Shown: one piece after another, positions 1-6,711 of the stretch
Numbering within the stretch: position 1 is the stretch's first letter
Layout of the letters: each line of letters begins with the position of its first letter
Origin: Candidatus Saccharimonadota bacterium
Lineage (GTDB): Bacteria; Patescibacteriota; Gracilibacteria; UBA4473
DNA: 32,000 bases
Direction of reading: 5' to 3'
NCBI GenBank assembly: GCA_963677105.1
Contig: OY781871.1
Span: 690,001-722,000, forward strand
The notes under the pieces: generated by a model
Databases searched by the model: none
The model's input: the letters and a program-made list of their open reading frames with translations, nothing else
Told to the model about the DNA's origin: nothing
Position numbers and translations under genes: made by a program

Positions 1-239
1 CCAGAGTGACGATAATATTTTTTATCTTCTTCTTTGTTTCCGGTTACGGATACTTTTTCTGAGTTCAATACAATAACGTAATCACCACCATCAACATGAG
101 GAGTAAAATCTACTCGACGTTTTCCACGGAGAGTGTCAGCAATAGCAACTGCTAATTGTCCAAGAGTTTTTCCTTCTGCATCTACAATCCACCATTGGCG
201 ATCTGTATTTTGTACGTTTTGTCGGAGCGTGGTTTTCAT
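1..239 (-). CDS. rplM: 50S ribosomal protein L13 (N-terminal part; gene runs off window start)
   Basis: My own translation of the reverse strand from the ATG at 239 gives [80 protein letters not shown], a classic L13 N-terminus. It has an ATGA overlap with the rplQ stop. It is absent from the ORF track because no stop codon falls in the window. Confidence 0.9.
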   Translation of the reverse strand, partial: MKTTLRQNVQNTDRQWWIVDAEGKTLGQLAVAIADTLRGKRRVDFTPHVDGGDYVIVLNSEKVSVTGNKEEDKKYYRHS

Positions 240-604
240 TTTTCTGAGATAAGGTCAACTTGCATAATAAGTGCGGAATCACCATCGCGTAATCCAATAC
301 GAGTAGCACGAGTGAAACCAGAAGTTTTCTTTGTATTTTTTGCAAATTCAACAGCTGCACGTTGTGAAGCTTCAGTGAACAAAACTTGTTTTGCATCACG
401 AATAGCATTGAATTCTTCATTTTTCAAAAGAGAACGCTTGAGCAATGTAACAAGTTTCTCTCCCTCCGCCTGCAAAACTTTTGCTTTTGCGTTTGTTGTT
501 TTTACTGATCCTTTTAAGAACAAAGAAGTCATTAAGTTTCGCAACATAGCTTTTCGCTGATCTGCGGGACGATTTAGCGTAGCCTTTCCACTTCGATGTC
601 TCAT
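236..604 (-). CDS. rplQ: 50S ribosomal protein L17
   Basis: 122 aa. [24 protein letters not shown] is the typical L17 start. The start overlaps the rpoA stop (601-604). Confidence 0.95.
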   Translation of the reverse strand: MRHRSGKATLNRPADQRKAMLRNLMTSLFLKGSVKTTNAKAKVLQAEGEKLVTLLKRSLLKNEEFNAIRDAKQVLFTEASQRAAVEFAKNTKKTSGFTRATRIGLRDGDSALIMQVDLISEK

Positions 605-1617
605 TTTGTTTCCTCAGTATTAAATGATGGCAGTTCTGTTACTGCCGGAACGTATCCACGATCAACTAAAACTTGATCGAGCTCAGTTTTTGCCTTTTGT
701 CCAAATCCACGTAATTGTACTAATTGGTTATTTGGAGTTGATAATAATTGCTCAACAGAAGTAATTCCTCCATTGACCAACGCATTAAGTGTTCGTTGTG
801 ATAATCCCAAAATATCAATTGGAGTAAAAGCAACTTCTTGTGCTTCAGTTGCTGCAGCAGCAGCAGATTCACGACGTTTTTTCAATTCATCAAATGTTGT
901 AGTAAACTCAGCATCCGTATATGCGTCTTCTGTATTAAACAATTGGAAGTAATTTTCTATAATTCCAGCAGAAAGTTTAATCGCATCTTGAGGATCAATT
1001 GTTCCATCAGTATCAACCATCAAAGTAAGTTGATCAAGATTAATTTGTTCTCCAACTCGTGCAGGAGAAATATCATATTTTACGAGAGTAACAGGAGAGA
1101 AGTTTGCATCTAAAAGGATTACTTCAGAATCTTCTTCTTTCGCAGAATCAATATTTGACACCATTCGGTATCCAACACCTTTTTCTACTCGTAGGGTAAT
1201 TTTCTTTTTTGTATTTGCTCCGTTACAAGTAGCAATTACTTGTGATGGATCAAGAATCTCGATATCTGATGAAATTTTTAAATCAGCAGCAGTAATTACT
1301 CCAGTTTTTTTCAAAGCAACGGTAATTTCTTCAACTCCTTTTGAATGTTTTTTCAATCGAAGTTGTCGAATGTTTAATCCTATATCAAACACAGATTCTT
1401 TTACACCTTCAATAGTGGTGTATTCATGTGTTATTCCATCAATTTTCATAGCAGTTACAGCGCATCCTGGCAAACTCGATAACAATACTCGACGAAGGGA
1501 ATTTCCCAACGTAACTCCGTATCCCGAAGGCAATGGTGTCACAACCAATTTGGCTGTATTTCCGTCCCGCGTGATCTTCAACTGCGGTGCGCCGATCTCA
1601 TCGTGAAGAATGTGCAT
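601..1617 (-). CDS. rpoA: DNA-directed RNA polymerase subunit alpha
   Basis: 338 aa with an N-terminal domain (PLPSGYGVTLGNSLRRVLLSSLPG) and a C-terminal helix-hairpin-helix region (LGLSQRTLNAL). Position between rpsD and rplQ is the conserved order. Confidence 0.96.
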   Translation of the reverse strand: MHILHDEIGAPQLKITRDGNTAKLVVTPLPSGYGVTLGNSLRRVLLSSLPGCAVTAMKIDGITHEYTTIEGVKESVFDIGLNIRQLRLKKHSKGVEEITVALKKTGVITAADLKISSDIEILDPSQVIATCNGANTKKKITLRVEKGVGYRMVSNIDSAKEEDSEVILLDANFSPVTLVKYDISPARVGEQINLDQLTLMVDTDGTIDPQDAIKLSAGIIENYFQLFNTEDAYTDAEFTTTFDELKKRRESAAAAATEAQEVAFTPIDILGLSQRTLNALVNGGITSVEQLLSTPNNQLVQLRGFGQKAKTELDQVLVDRGYVPAVTELPSFNTEETK

Positions 1618-1653
1618 TAAGAAAAGGGTAAAAAAGAATGTGTATGTATATTT

Positions 1654-2268
1654 TTATCGTGAGTAGAACTCAACGATCATTTGTGATTCAACAGCTTGTT
1701 CAAAATGTTGAGAAGCTGGTACGTCAGTAATTTCAATTTGTAATTTTTTGGAATCTACTTTCATCCATGTTGGAGCATCAAGATTAGAGCTCTCATCTAA
1801 ATTTTTCTTAAATACAGCAGATCCTTTTGATTTCTGACGAACTTCAATAATATCTCCTACACGAACCTGAATTGATGGAACATCGACACGACGTCCGTTC
1901 AACATAAACAATCCATGAGAAGCGAATTGACGAGCTTGCATTCGAGTCAGAGCAAAACCAGATCGATATAAAACGTTATCTAATCTTCGCTCTAATAACT
2001 GCAAAAGATTTTCTCCCGCAATTCCAGACATTGCTGTTGCACGATCAAATGTACGACGAAATTGTTTTTCAGAAAGTCCGAACATTCGTTTTGCTTTTTG
2101 CTTCTCTCGAAGCTGTTTTGCATACTCAGTCATTTTTCCAAGACGTTTTCCTCCGTGGAGTCCAGGGATTCCAGGACGACGTCCCATTATTTTCTGATAT
2201 TTGTCTGATCCGAAAAGATTAATTCCTTCTCGTCGACATAAACGTGCTTTTGGTCCTGTATATTTCAT
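1654..2268 (-). CDS. rpsD: 30S ribosomal protein S4
   Basis: 204 aa. MKYTGPKARLCRREG start and an S4 RNA-binding domain (RLDNVLYRSGFALTRMQARQ). Confidence 0.96.
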   Translation of the reverse strand: MKYTGPKARLCRREGINLFGSDKYQKIMGRRPGIPGLHGGKRLGKMTEYAKQLREKQKAKRMFGLSEKQFRRTFDRATAMSGIAGENLLQLLERRLDNVLYRSGFALTRMQARQFASHGLFMLNGRRVDVPSIQVRVGDIIEVRQKSKGSAVFKKNLDESSNLDAPTWMKVDSKKLQIEITDVPASQHFEQAVESQMIVEFYSR

Positions 2269-2280
2269 TCAGTAGAGAAT

Positions 2281-2658
2281 TTAAACTTTTCTAACTTTTT
2301 TAGCGCGGCATCCGCCGTGTGGAATACGAGATCGAAGTGAAATAGATTGTACTTGCAATCCACCATTTACTAATCCTCGAACAGTTTGATCTCGTGCTGG
2401 ACCCATTCCAGTTACATAAACATCAACTGCTTTCATTCCAAATTGTTGTGCTTGTTCTGCCACATGTTCTGCTGAAACTTGTCCAGCATATGGAGTAGAT
2501 TGACGAGCTCCTTTAAAACCATTTCGTCCAGGAGTGCTCCATGCTAACACGCTTCCATCAGGATCAGTGAGAGTAACAAGAGTATTGTTCCAATTGGCTT
2601 CGATATACACCTTACCAGTTTCGAACGATTTTCGGATACGTTTTTTAGCTTTTGCCAT
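2281..2658 (-). CDS. rpsK: 30S ribosomal protein S11
   Basis: 125 aa. Carries the GFKGARQSTPYAGQ and PHGGCRAKK motifs. Confidence 0.96.
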   Translation of the reverse strand: MAKAKKRIRKSFETGKVYIEANWNNTLVTLTDPDGSVLAWSTPGRNGFKGARQSTPYAGQVSAEHVAEQAQQFGMKAVDVYVTGMGPARDQTVRGLVNGGLQVQSISLRSRIPHGGCRAKKVRKV

Positions 2659-3032
2659 TACGCTTTTTTCTTCTTAGTAACTGCTGCACCTTTCTTTCCT
2701 TTTCGTGTACGAGCATTTGTTTTTGTTCGTTGACCACGACAAGGTAATTTTCGACGATGTCGAAATCCTCGGTAAGAACCGATTTCTTGTAAACGTTTAA
2801 TGTTGAGTGAAGTTTCACGACGTAAATCAGCTTCAAGGATGAAACCTAATTCAGCGAGAATATCACGCAATGTTTTTTCTTGCTCAGTTGTTAAATCCTT
2901 TACTCGAATATTTTCGTCCAACTTTGCTCTAGCGCAAATCATTTGTGCACGTTTTGGACCAACACCTAAAATATATGTCAATGAAATGACGAGGCGTTTT
3001 TCTGGTGGAATCGATACTCCTGCAATTCGCAT
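2658..3032 (-). CDS. rpsM: 30S ribosomal protein S13
   Basis: 124 aa. [25 protein letters not shown] start. One-nt TAATG overlap with the rpsK start. Confidence 0.96.
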   Translation of the reverse strand: MRIAGVSIPPEKRLVISLTYILGVGPKRAQMICARAKLDENIRVKDLTTEQEKTLRDILAELGFILEADLRRETSLNIKRLQEIGSYRGFRHRRKLPCRGQRTKTNARTRKGKKGAAVTKKKKA

Positions 3033-3043
3033 TCAATAAAAGG

Positions 3044-3169
3044 TTAACCTTGACGTTGTTTATGTTTTCCACGAGTAGCAGGGTTTCCACAGATTACGCG
3101 TACCACACCTTTTCGGCGGATAACACGACAATCTTTACATATTGGTTTTACGGAAGCTCTAACTTTCAT
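3044..3169 (-). CDS. rpmJ: 50S ribosomal protein L36
   Basis: This is the internal Met of track ORF 3044..3322: [41 protein letters not shown] (41 aa). ATG verified at 3167-3169. The longer ORF is an upstream extension overlapping infA. Confidence 0.9.
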   Translation of the reverse strand: MKVRASVKPICKDCRVIRRKGVVRVICGNPATRGKHKQRQG

Positions 3170-3182
3170 GGGAACGTATTTT

Positions 3183-3416
3183 TTAGCGTGGGCGATAGGT
3201 AATGAGTCCTTCATCAAGGTTATACGGAGAAACCTGTAATCGGACCTTATCGCCGGGAACGATCCGTATGTAATGCATTCGCATTTTTCCGGACAACCTT
3301 GCTCTGACTTCATGCTCTTCAAATCCCTCAGTAGTGAGGCTTATGACGAATCGACTTCCTGGAAGCGTGGATTTTACCACACCATCGAGTTCGATTTTAT
3401 CATCATCTTGAGCCAT
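3183..3416 (-). CDS. infA: Translation initiation factor IF-1
   Basis: 77 aa S1-like OB fold: [20 protein letters not shown]...[14 protein letters not shown]. Confidence 0.95.
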   Translation of the reverse strand: MAQDDDKIELDGVVKSTLPGSRFVISLTTEGFEEHEVRARLSGKMRMHYIRIVPGDKVRLQVSPYNLDEGLITYRPR

Positions 3417-3450
3417 ATATTTATGTTTGAAGTAAGGCTAGGGCTCGCGG

Positions 3451-3478
3451 ATTCTAGCGGGGATATTCCTTCTGTCAA
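3451..3478 (-). promoter_or_regulatory. Sigma70-type promoter for the infA-rpmJ-rpsM... operon
   Basis: Reverse strand reads TTGACA (3478-3473), a 16-nt spacer, then TAGAAT (3456-3451). It lies about 35 nt upstream of the infA ATG. Confidence 0.6.
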
Positions 3479-3590
3479 GGTTTTTTCGTACTTAAATATA
3501 AAAGAGTTATTTTTAAACATATATTGTTGTGTTATATCAACACTTTTTGTATTTTTATTTTTCTAAAAAATGTAATTCACTTATTGTAAG

Positions 3591-5000
3591 TTGAAAATTT
3601 ACAATCTTCATGGCAGACTCGACGTAATGCAAAACAGTTGGAGCTCATTTGTTTTTGAAAATTGGGAGTGGAACGCAGAAAAGAAGAATCTTTCATTGCG
3701 TTATTCTTTTGATGGAGAAATTCAATTTGAAGAAAATTGGTGGTTTGATTTTGAAATCACAGATCAGATAGATAAGAATGCTTTAGAAAAAGCATTTCAA
3801 GGATTGTGGCTTGCAGCAGGAGTTTCGTATTTCAAAGCAGCTCTTCCGAAAACGATCCGTTTTCGGGAAAGTACAGAGAACAAATTTCAAAGTACAAAGG
3901 GCAAAGAACAAATAGTAAATAACAAACTACAAAGTGCAAATATTTCTGAGTCACAAGCTGCATTTTTTGAAAAAGTGTGGATGAATGGATTGGGGGAGTT
4001 TTTCTTTCAGAACAGAATTGATCCAACGGGAAAAGTTCAGTTTTTGGCAGATAAAACTACAAACTACACACTACAAATTACAAATAGGGAATTCAAACTT
4101 GAGGGTGCATTACTTCCGATTGGTGGAGGAAAAGATTCGCTTGTTTCTGCAATTTTGCTTCGTGCTGGAAATATCGATTTCGAAACGTGGACCGTTGGAG
4201 ATTCAGAAGTGCAATCAGGTTGTTGTACTGCATTATCTGTTCCACGAGCGAAAGTTCGTCGAAAGATTTGTCCAAATCTTCTTCGACTCAATAAAGAAGG
4301 AGCACTCAATGGACATATTCCAATTTCTTCGATTCTTGCATTTGCAGGAGTTGCGTCTGCGTTACTTCGTGGAAAAAAATATGTCATTCTTTCCAATGAA
4401 TCTTCTGCTTCGGAGCCAAACACTGAGTGGGAAGGATTAGAAATAAATCATCAATGGTCGAAGTCGTTGGAATTTGAACAAGAATTTCAAAAATACGTAA
4501 TAGAAAACATCTCATCAGAAGTGAAATACTTTTCATTGCTTCGTCCTTTATCAGAGCTTCATATAGCAGAAATTTTCGCAAAAAAAGGCTGGGAAGAATT
4601 CGGATCGATTTTCTCAAGTTGTAATCGAAACTTTCATTTAGAAGGTTCAAAAATCTTTTCTCGATGGTGTGGGACGTGTCCAAAATGTGTCTTTGTTTCG
4701 CTCATTTTATCGCCATGGATTTCAGAAAAACAGATGAAAGAATCGTTCGGTTCAGTTCCGTTTGCAGAAACAAAAAATGAAACGCTTGTGAAAGAGTTAC
4801 TCGGATTACAAGGAATAAAACCGTTAGAATGTGTTGGAACTATTGCTGAAGCGAGAGAAGCGGTTATTTTGGGATCAGAGAAACACGAATGTTTACAACA
4901 ATGGACAAAAAAGTTTTCAAATCCAAACTTTGATCATCGCAAGTGGCATCAACATCAATTGCCATTAGAATTTGAAACAATTTTAAAAAATATCACATGA
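3591..5000 (+). CDS. PP-loop (adenine-nucleotide alpha-hydrolase-like) protein; candidate MurL-like UDP-MurNAc-L-Ala-L-Glu epimerase
   Basis: 469 aa. Has a PP-loop-like LPIGGGKDSLVS motif, a SNESSASEP segment and a C-terminal CGTCPKC motif. ATGA-coupled to the downstream mini-protein and a MurD-type ligase. The start is TTG at 3591; an alternative ATG is at 3627. Carries two in-frame heptamer arrays. The MurL call is context plus memory, not an alignment. Confidence 0.55.
   Translation: MKIYNLHGRLDVMQNSWSSFVFENWEWNAEKKNLSLRYSFDGEIQFEENWWFDFEITDQIDKNALEKAFQGLWLAAGVSYFKAALPKTIRFRESTENKFQSTKGKEQIVNNKLQSANISESQAAFFEKVWMNGLGEFFFQNRIDPTGKVQFLADKTTNYTLQITNREFKLEGALLPIGGGKDSLVSAILLRAGNIDFETWTVGDSEVQSGCCTALSVPRAKVRRKICPNLLRLNKEGALNGHIPISSILAFAGVASALLRGKKYVILSNESSASEPNTEWEGLEINHQWSKSLEFEQEFQKYVIENISSEVKYFSLLRPLSELHIAEIFAKKGWEEFGSIFSSCNRNFHLEGSKIFSRWCGTCPKCVFVSLILSPWISEKQMKESFGSVPFAETKNETLVKELLGLQGIKPLECVGTIAEAREAVILGSEKHECLQQWTKKFSNPNFDHRKWHQHQLPLEFETILKNIT
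3871..3940 (+). repeat. Heptamer array (NNNCAAA) x10 inside a CDS
   Basis: Units are gtacaga gaacaaa tttcaaa gtacaaa gggcaaa gaacaaa tagtaaa taacaaa ctacaaa gtgcaaa. Translated in frame as ENKFQSTKGKEQIVNNKLQSAN. Confidence 0.8.
4057..4092 (+). repeat. Heptamer array x4 plus TAGGGAAT tail inside a CDS
   Basis: Units are ctacaaa ctacaca ctacaaa ttacaaa, then tagggaat. Translated as TTNYTLQITNRE. The tail matches the intergenic copy at 6487. Confidence 0.85.
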
Positions 5001-5248
5001 AAATCGATGATCAAATACAAGATATTATTGAGCGTAATAAACGTGTTGAACAAGATAAGAAATGGGAAACGTCATGGACACGACGAATCATTTTGACGGT
5101 GCTTACATGGATTGCAGCATTTTTATTTCTCCATATTATTAAGGTAGAAAATCCAGCATTTGCTGCACTCGTTCCAGCGGGAGGATTTTTACTTTCAACA
5201 CTCAGTCTTCCTTTTGTACGTAAAATTTGGGAACATTTTCAAAAATGA
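4997..5248 (+). CDS. Small membrane protein (two predicted TM helices), function unknown
   Basis: 83 aa with hydrophobic stretches IILTVLTWIAAFLFLHII and AALVPAGGFLLSTLSL. ATGA overlaps at both ends (4997-5000 and 5245-5248) indicate translational coupling. Confidence 0.6.
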   Translation: MKIDDQIQDIIERNKRVEQDKKWETSWTRRIILTVLTWIAAFLFLHIIKVENPAFAALVPAGGFLLSTLSLPFVRKIWEHFQK

Positions 5249-6456
5249 AATTATCTAATTTATTGGCAGCAAAAAAAATCTCTATTTCCGGATATGGCGT
5301 AGAGGGAAAGGCTGCAGAAAAATTTTGTAAAAAAAACTGTCCAACAGTTCCACGGAAAATCATTGAATCTGTTACTTCTTCAATGAAAGACGATGGAAGT
5401 GTTTGGATTGTGTCGCCTGGAATTCCACGAAAATATTTTTCCAACATTCCAGTAGAAATGGTTACATCGGGGACAGAAATATTTTTTGATTCTCTTTCGG
5501 AATCACAACGATCACATGTGATCGGGATTTCTGGAACGAAGGGAAAATCGACTACCACAAAGTTTTGTACAGAAGCCTTAAATATTGCGGAAAAAAAAGC
5601 AGTTGCTGCAGGAAATTTTGGTGTTCCGTTATTAGAAATATTTGATTCGTTCACAACAGGCGATATTGATTATGTAGTAGCAGAATTGTCGAGTTATCAA
5701 TTGGAAAATTTACAAACAAGTCCTGGAATCGCTATTTTCCTCAATATTTTCTCAGATCATTTAGATCGTCATGGAAGTTTTTCCGAATACGAAAAAGCCA
5801 AATCGAATCTCTGGGTTCATCAAAAATCGTCAGATAAATTATTCCTTCCAGATGTTTTGAAGAAATCATTTAATACTGTGGCAGAGATGTTTCATACAAA
5901 ATCCTTAAATCCTGACATTTTTCCAGAAGATTCATCGTTTCGAGCGGATCATTGGTGTCAGAATTTCGGAACAATACAAGCGTTGTTTCAGGAACTACAT
6001 ATTTCAAATGAATTTATTGAACAAACAGCGAAACAATTTTCGGGGCTTCCTCATCGATTACAGAAATTTTCAACCGTTAAAAATAGAACATGGTGGGACG
6101 ATTCTATTTGTACAAATCCAGAAGCGGCGATAGCAACTGTGAAATTTTTTGAAACAAAATTAGGAGCACTTATTCTTGGAGGACAAGACCGAGGAATGGA
6201 TTATTCATCTTTATCAAAAGCTATTCCAGCAAACACATTTATAGTGATTCTTGAATCAGAACTTACAGCTCGTCTGAAAAAAGATTTCCCAAAGGCGATA
6301 GTTGTTCCAACTTTCGATGAAGCGGTATCACAAATTCTTGAAAATACAGTTGAAGAAACAAATATAGTTTTGTGTCCTGCTGCACCAAGTTATGACACAT
6401 TTAAAAATTTTAAAGAAAAAGGAAAATTATTTCAGCACGCAGTTGCGCACGCTTAA
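5245..6456 (+). CDS. murD: UDP-N-acetylmuramoyl-L-alanine--glutamate ligase (MurD-type Mur ligase; possibly the L-Glu-adding MurD2 type)
   Basis: N-terminal Rossmann-like ISISGYGVEGKA, P-loop GISGTKGKSTT, ELSSYQLE and NIFSDHLDRHG motifs. I prefer the ATG at 5245 (ATGA overlap) to the track's TTG at 5227. Confidence 0.85.
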   Translation: MKLSNLLAAKKISISGYGVEGKAAEKFCKKNCPTVPRKIIESVTSSMKDDGSVWIVSPGIPRKYFSNIPVEMVTSGTEIFFDSLSESQRSHVIGISGTKGKSTTTKFCTEALNIAEKKAVAAGNFGVPLLEIFDSFTTGDIDYVVAELSSYQLENLQTSPGIAIFLNIFSDHLDRHGSFSEYEKAKSNLWVHQKSSDKLFLPDVLKKSFNTVAEMFHTKSLNPDIFPEDSSFRADHWCQNFGTIQALFQELHISNEFIEQTAKQFSGLPHRLQKFSTVKNRTWWDDSICTNPEAAIATVKFFETKLGALILGGQDRGMDYSSLSKAIPANTFIVILESELTARLKKDFPKAIVVPTFDEAVSQILENTVEETNIVLCPAAPSYDTFKNFKEKGKLFQHAVAHA

Positions 6457-6458
6457 AA

Positions 6459-6494
6459 TATCAAACTACAAACTACAAAGTTCAAATAGGGATT
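6459..6494 (+). repeat. Heptamer array x4 plus TAGGGATT tail
   Basis: Units are tatcaaa ctacaaa ctacaaa gttcaaa, then tagggatt. Starts 3 nt after the murD TAA (6454-6456). Fills the convergent gap to the zinc-ribbon gene. Confidence 0.85.
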
Positions 6495-6500
6495 TTCTTT

Positions 6501-6680
6501 CTAAAAAAAGTCGTCTTTTTCTGGGTCAACGAGTTTTAATTTGATTGGATTTTCTTGCAGTACGACAAGTTCTGCACCACATAAAGGACACTCAATCATA
6601 TCATCTTCTATAATATCACTTTGATCGACGTCAAATTTTCCGCGACAATCTGGGCAAAAGATAATAAGTAGTTTCTCCAT
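6501..6680 (-). CDS. Zinc-ribbon mini-protein (LysW-like CxxC...CxxC fold)
   Basis: Internal Met of track ORF 6501..6758: MEKLLIIFCPDCRGKFDVDQSDIIEDDMIECPLCGAELVVLQENPIKLKLVDPEKDDFF (59 aa). Two CxxC pairs and an acidic tail. The longer ORF would overlap the mutS 3' end. Confidence 0.6.
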   Translation of the reverse strand: MEKLLIIFCPDCRGKFDVDQSDIIEDDMIECPLCGAELVVLQENPIKLKLVDPEKDDFF

Positions 6681-6711
6681 CTGTTTTTTTTTACTAGAAA
6701 TTTCTGAAAAA

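Noticed and set aside
136-560. Track ORFs overlapping or antisense to recognised genes (for example 136..420, 156..560, 838..1113, 5202..5654, 12207..12635, 19289..19648, 21758..22093, 27705..28118)
   Set aside because: They lie within or antisense to strongly supported conserved CDSs. They have low-complexity or odd composition and no independent signals.
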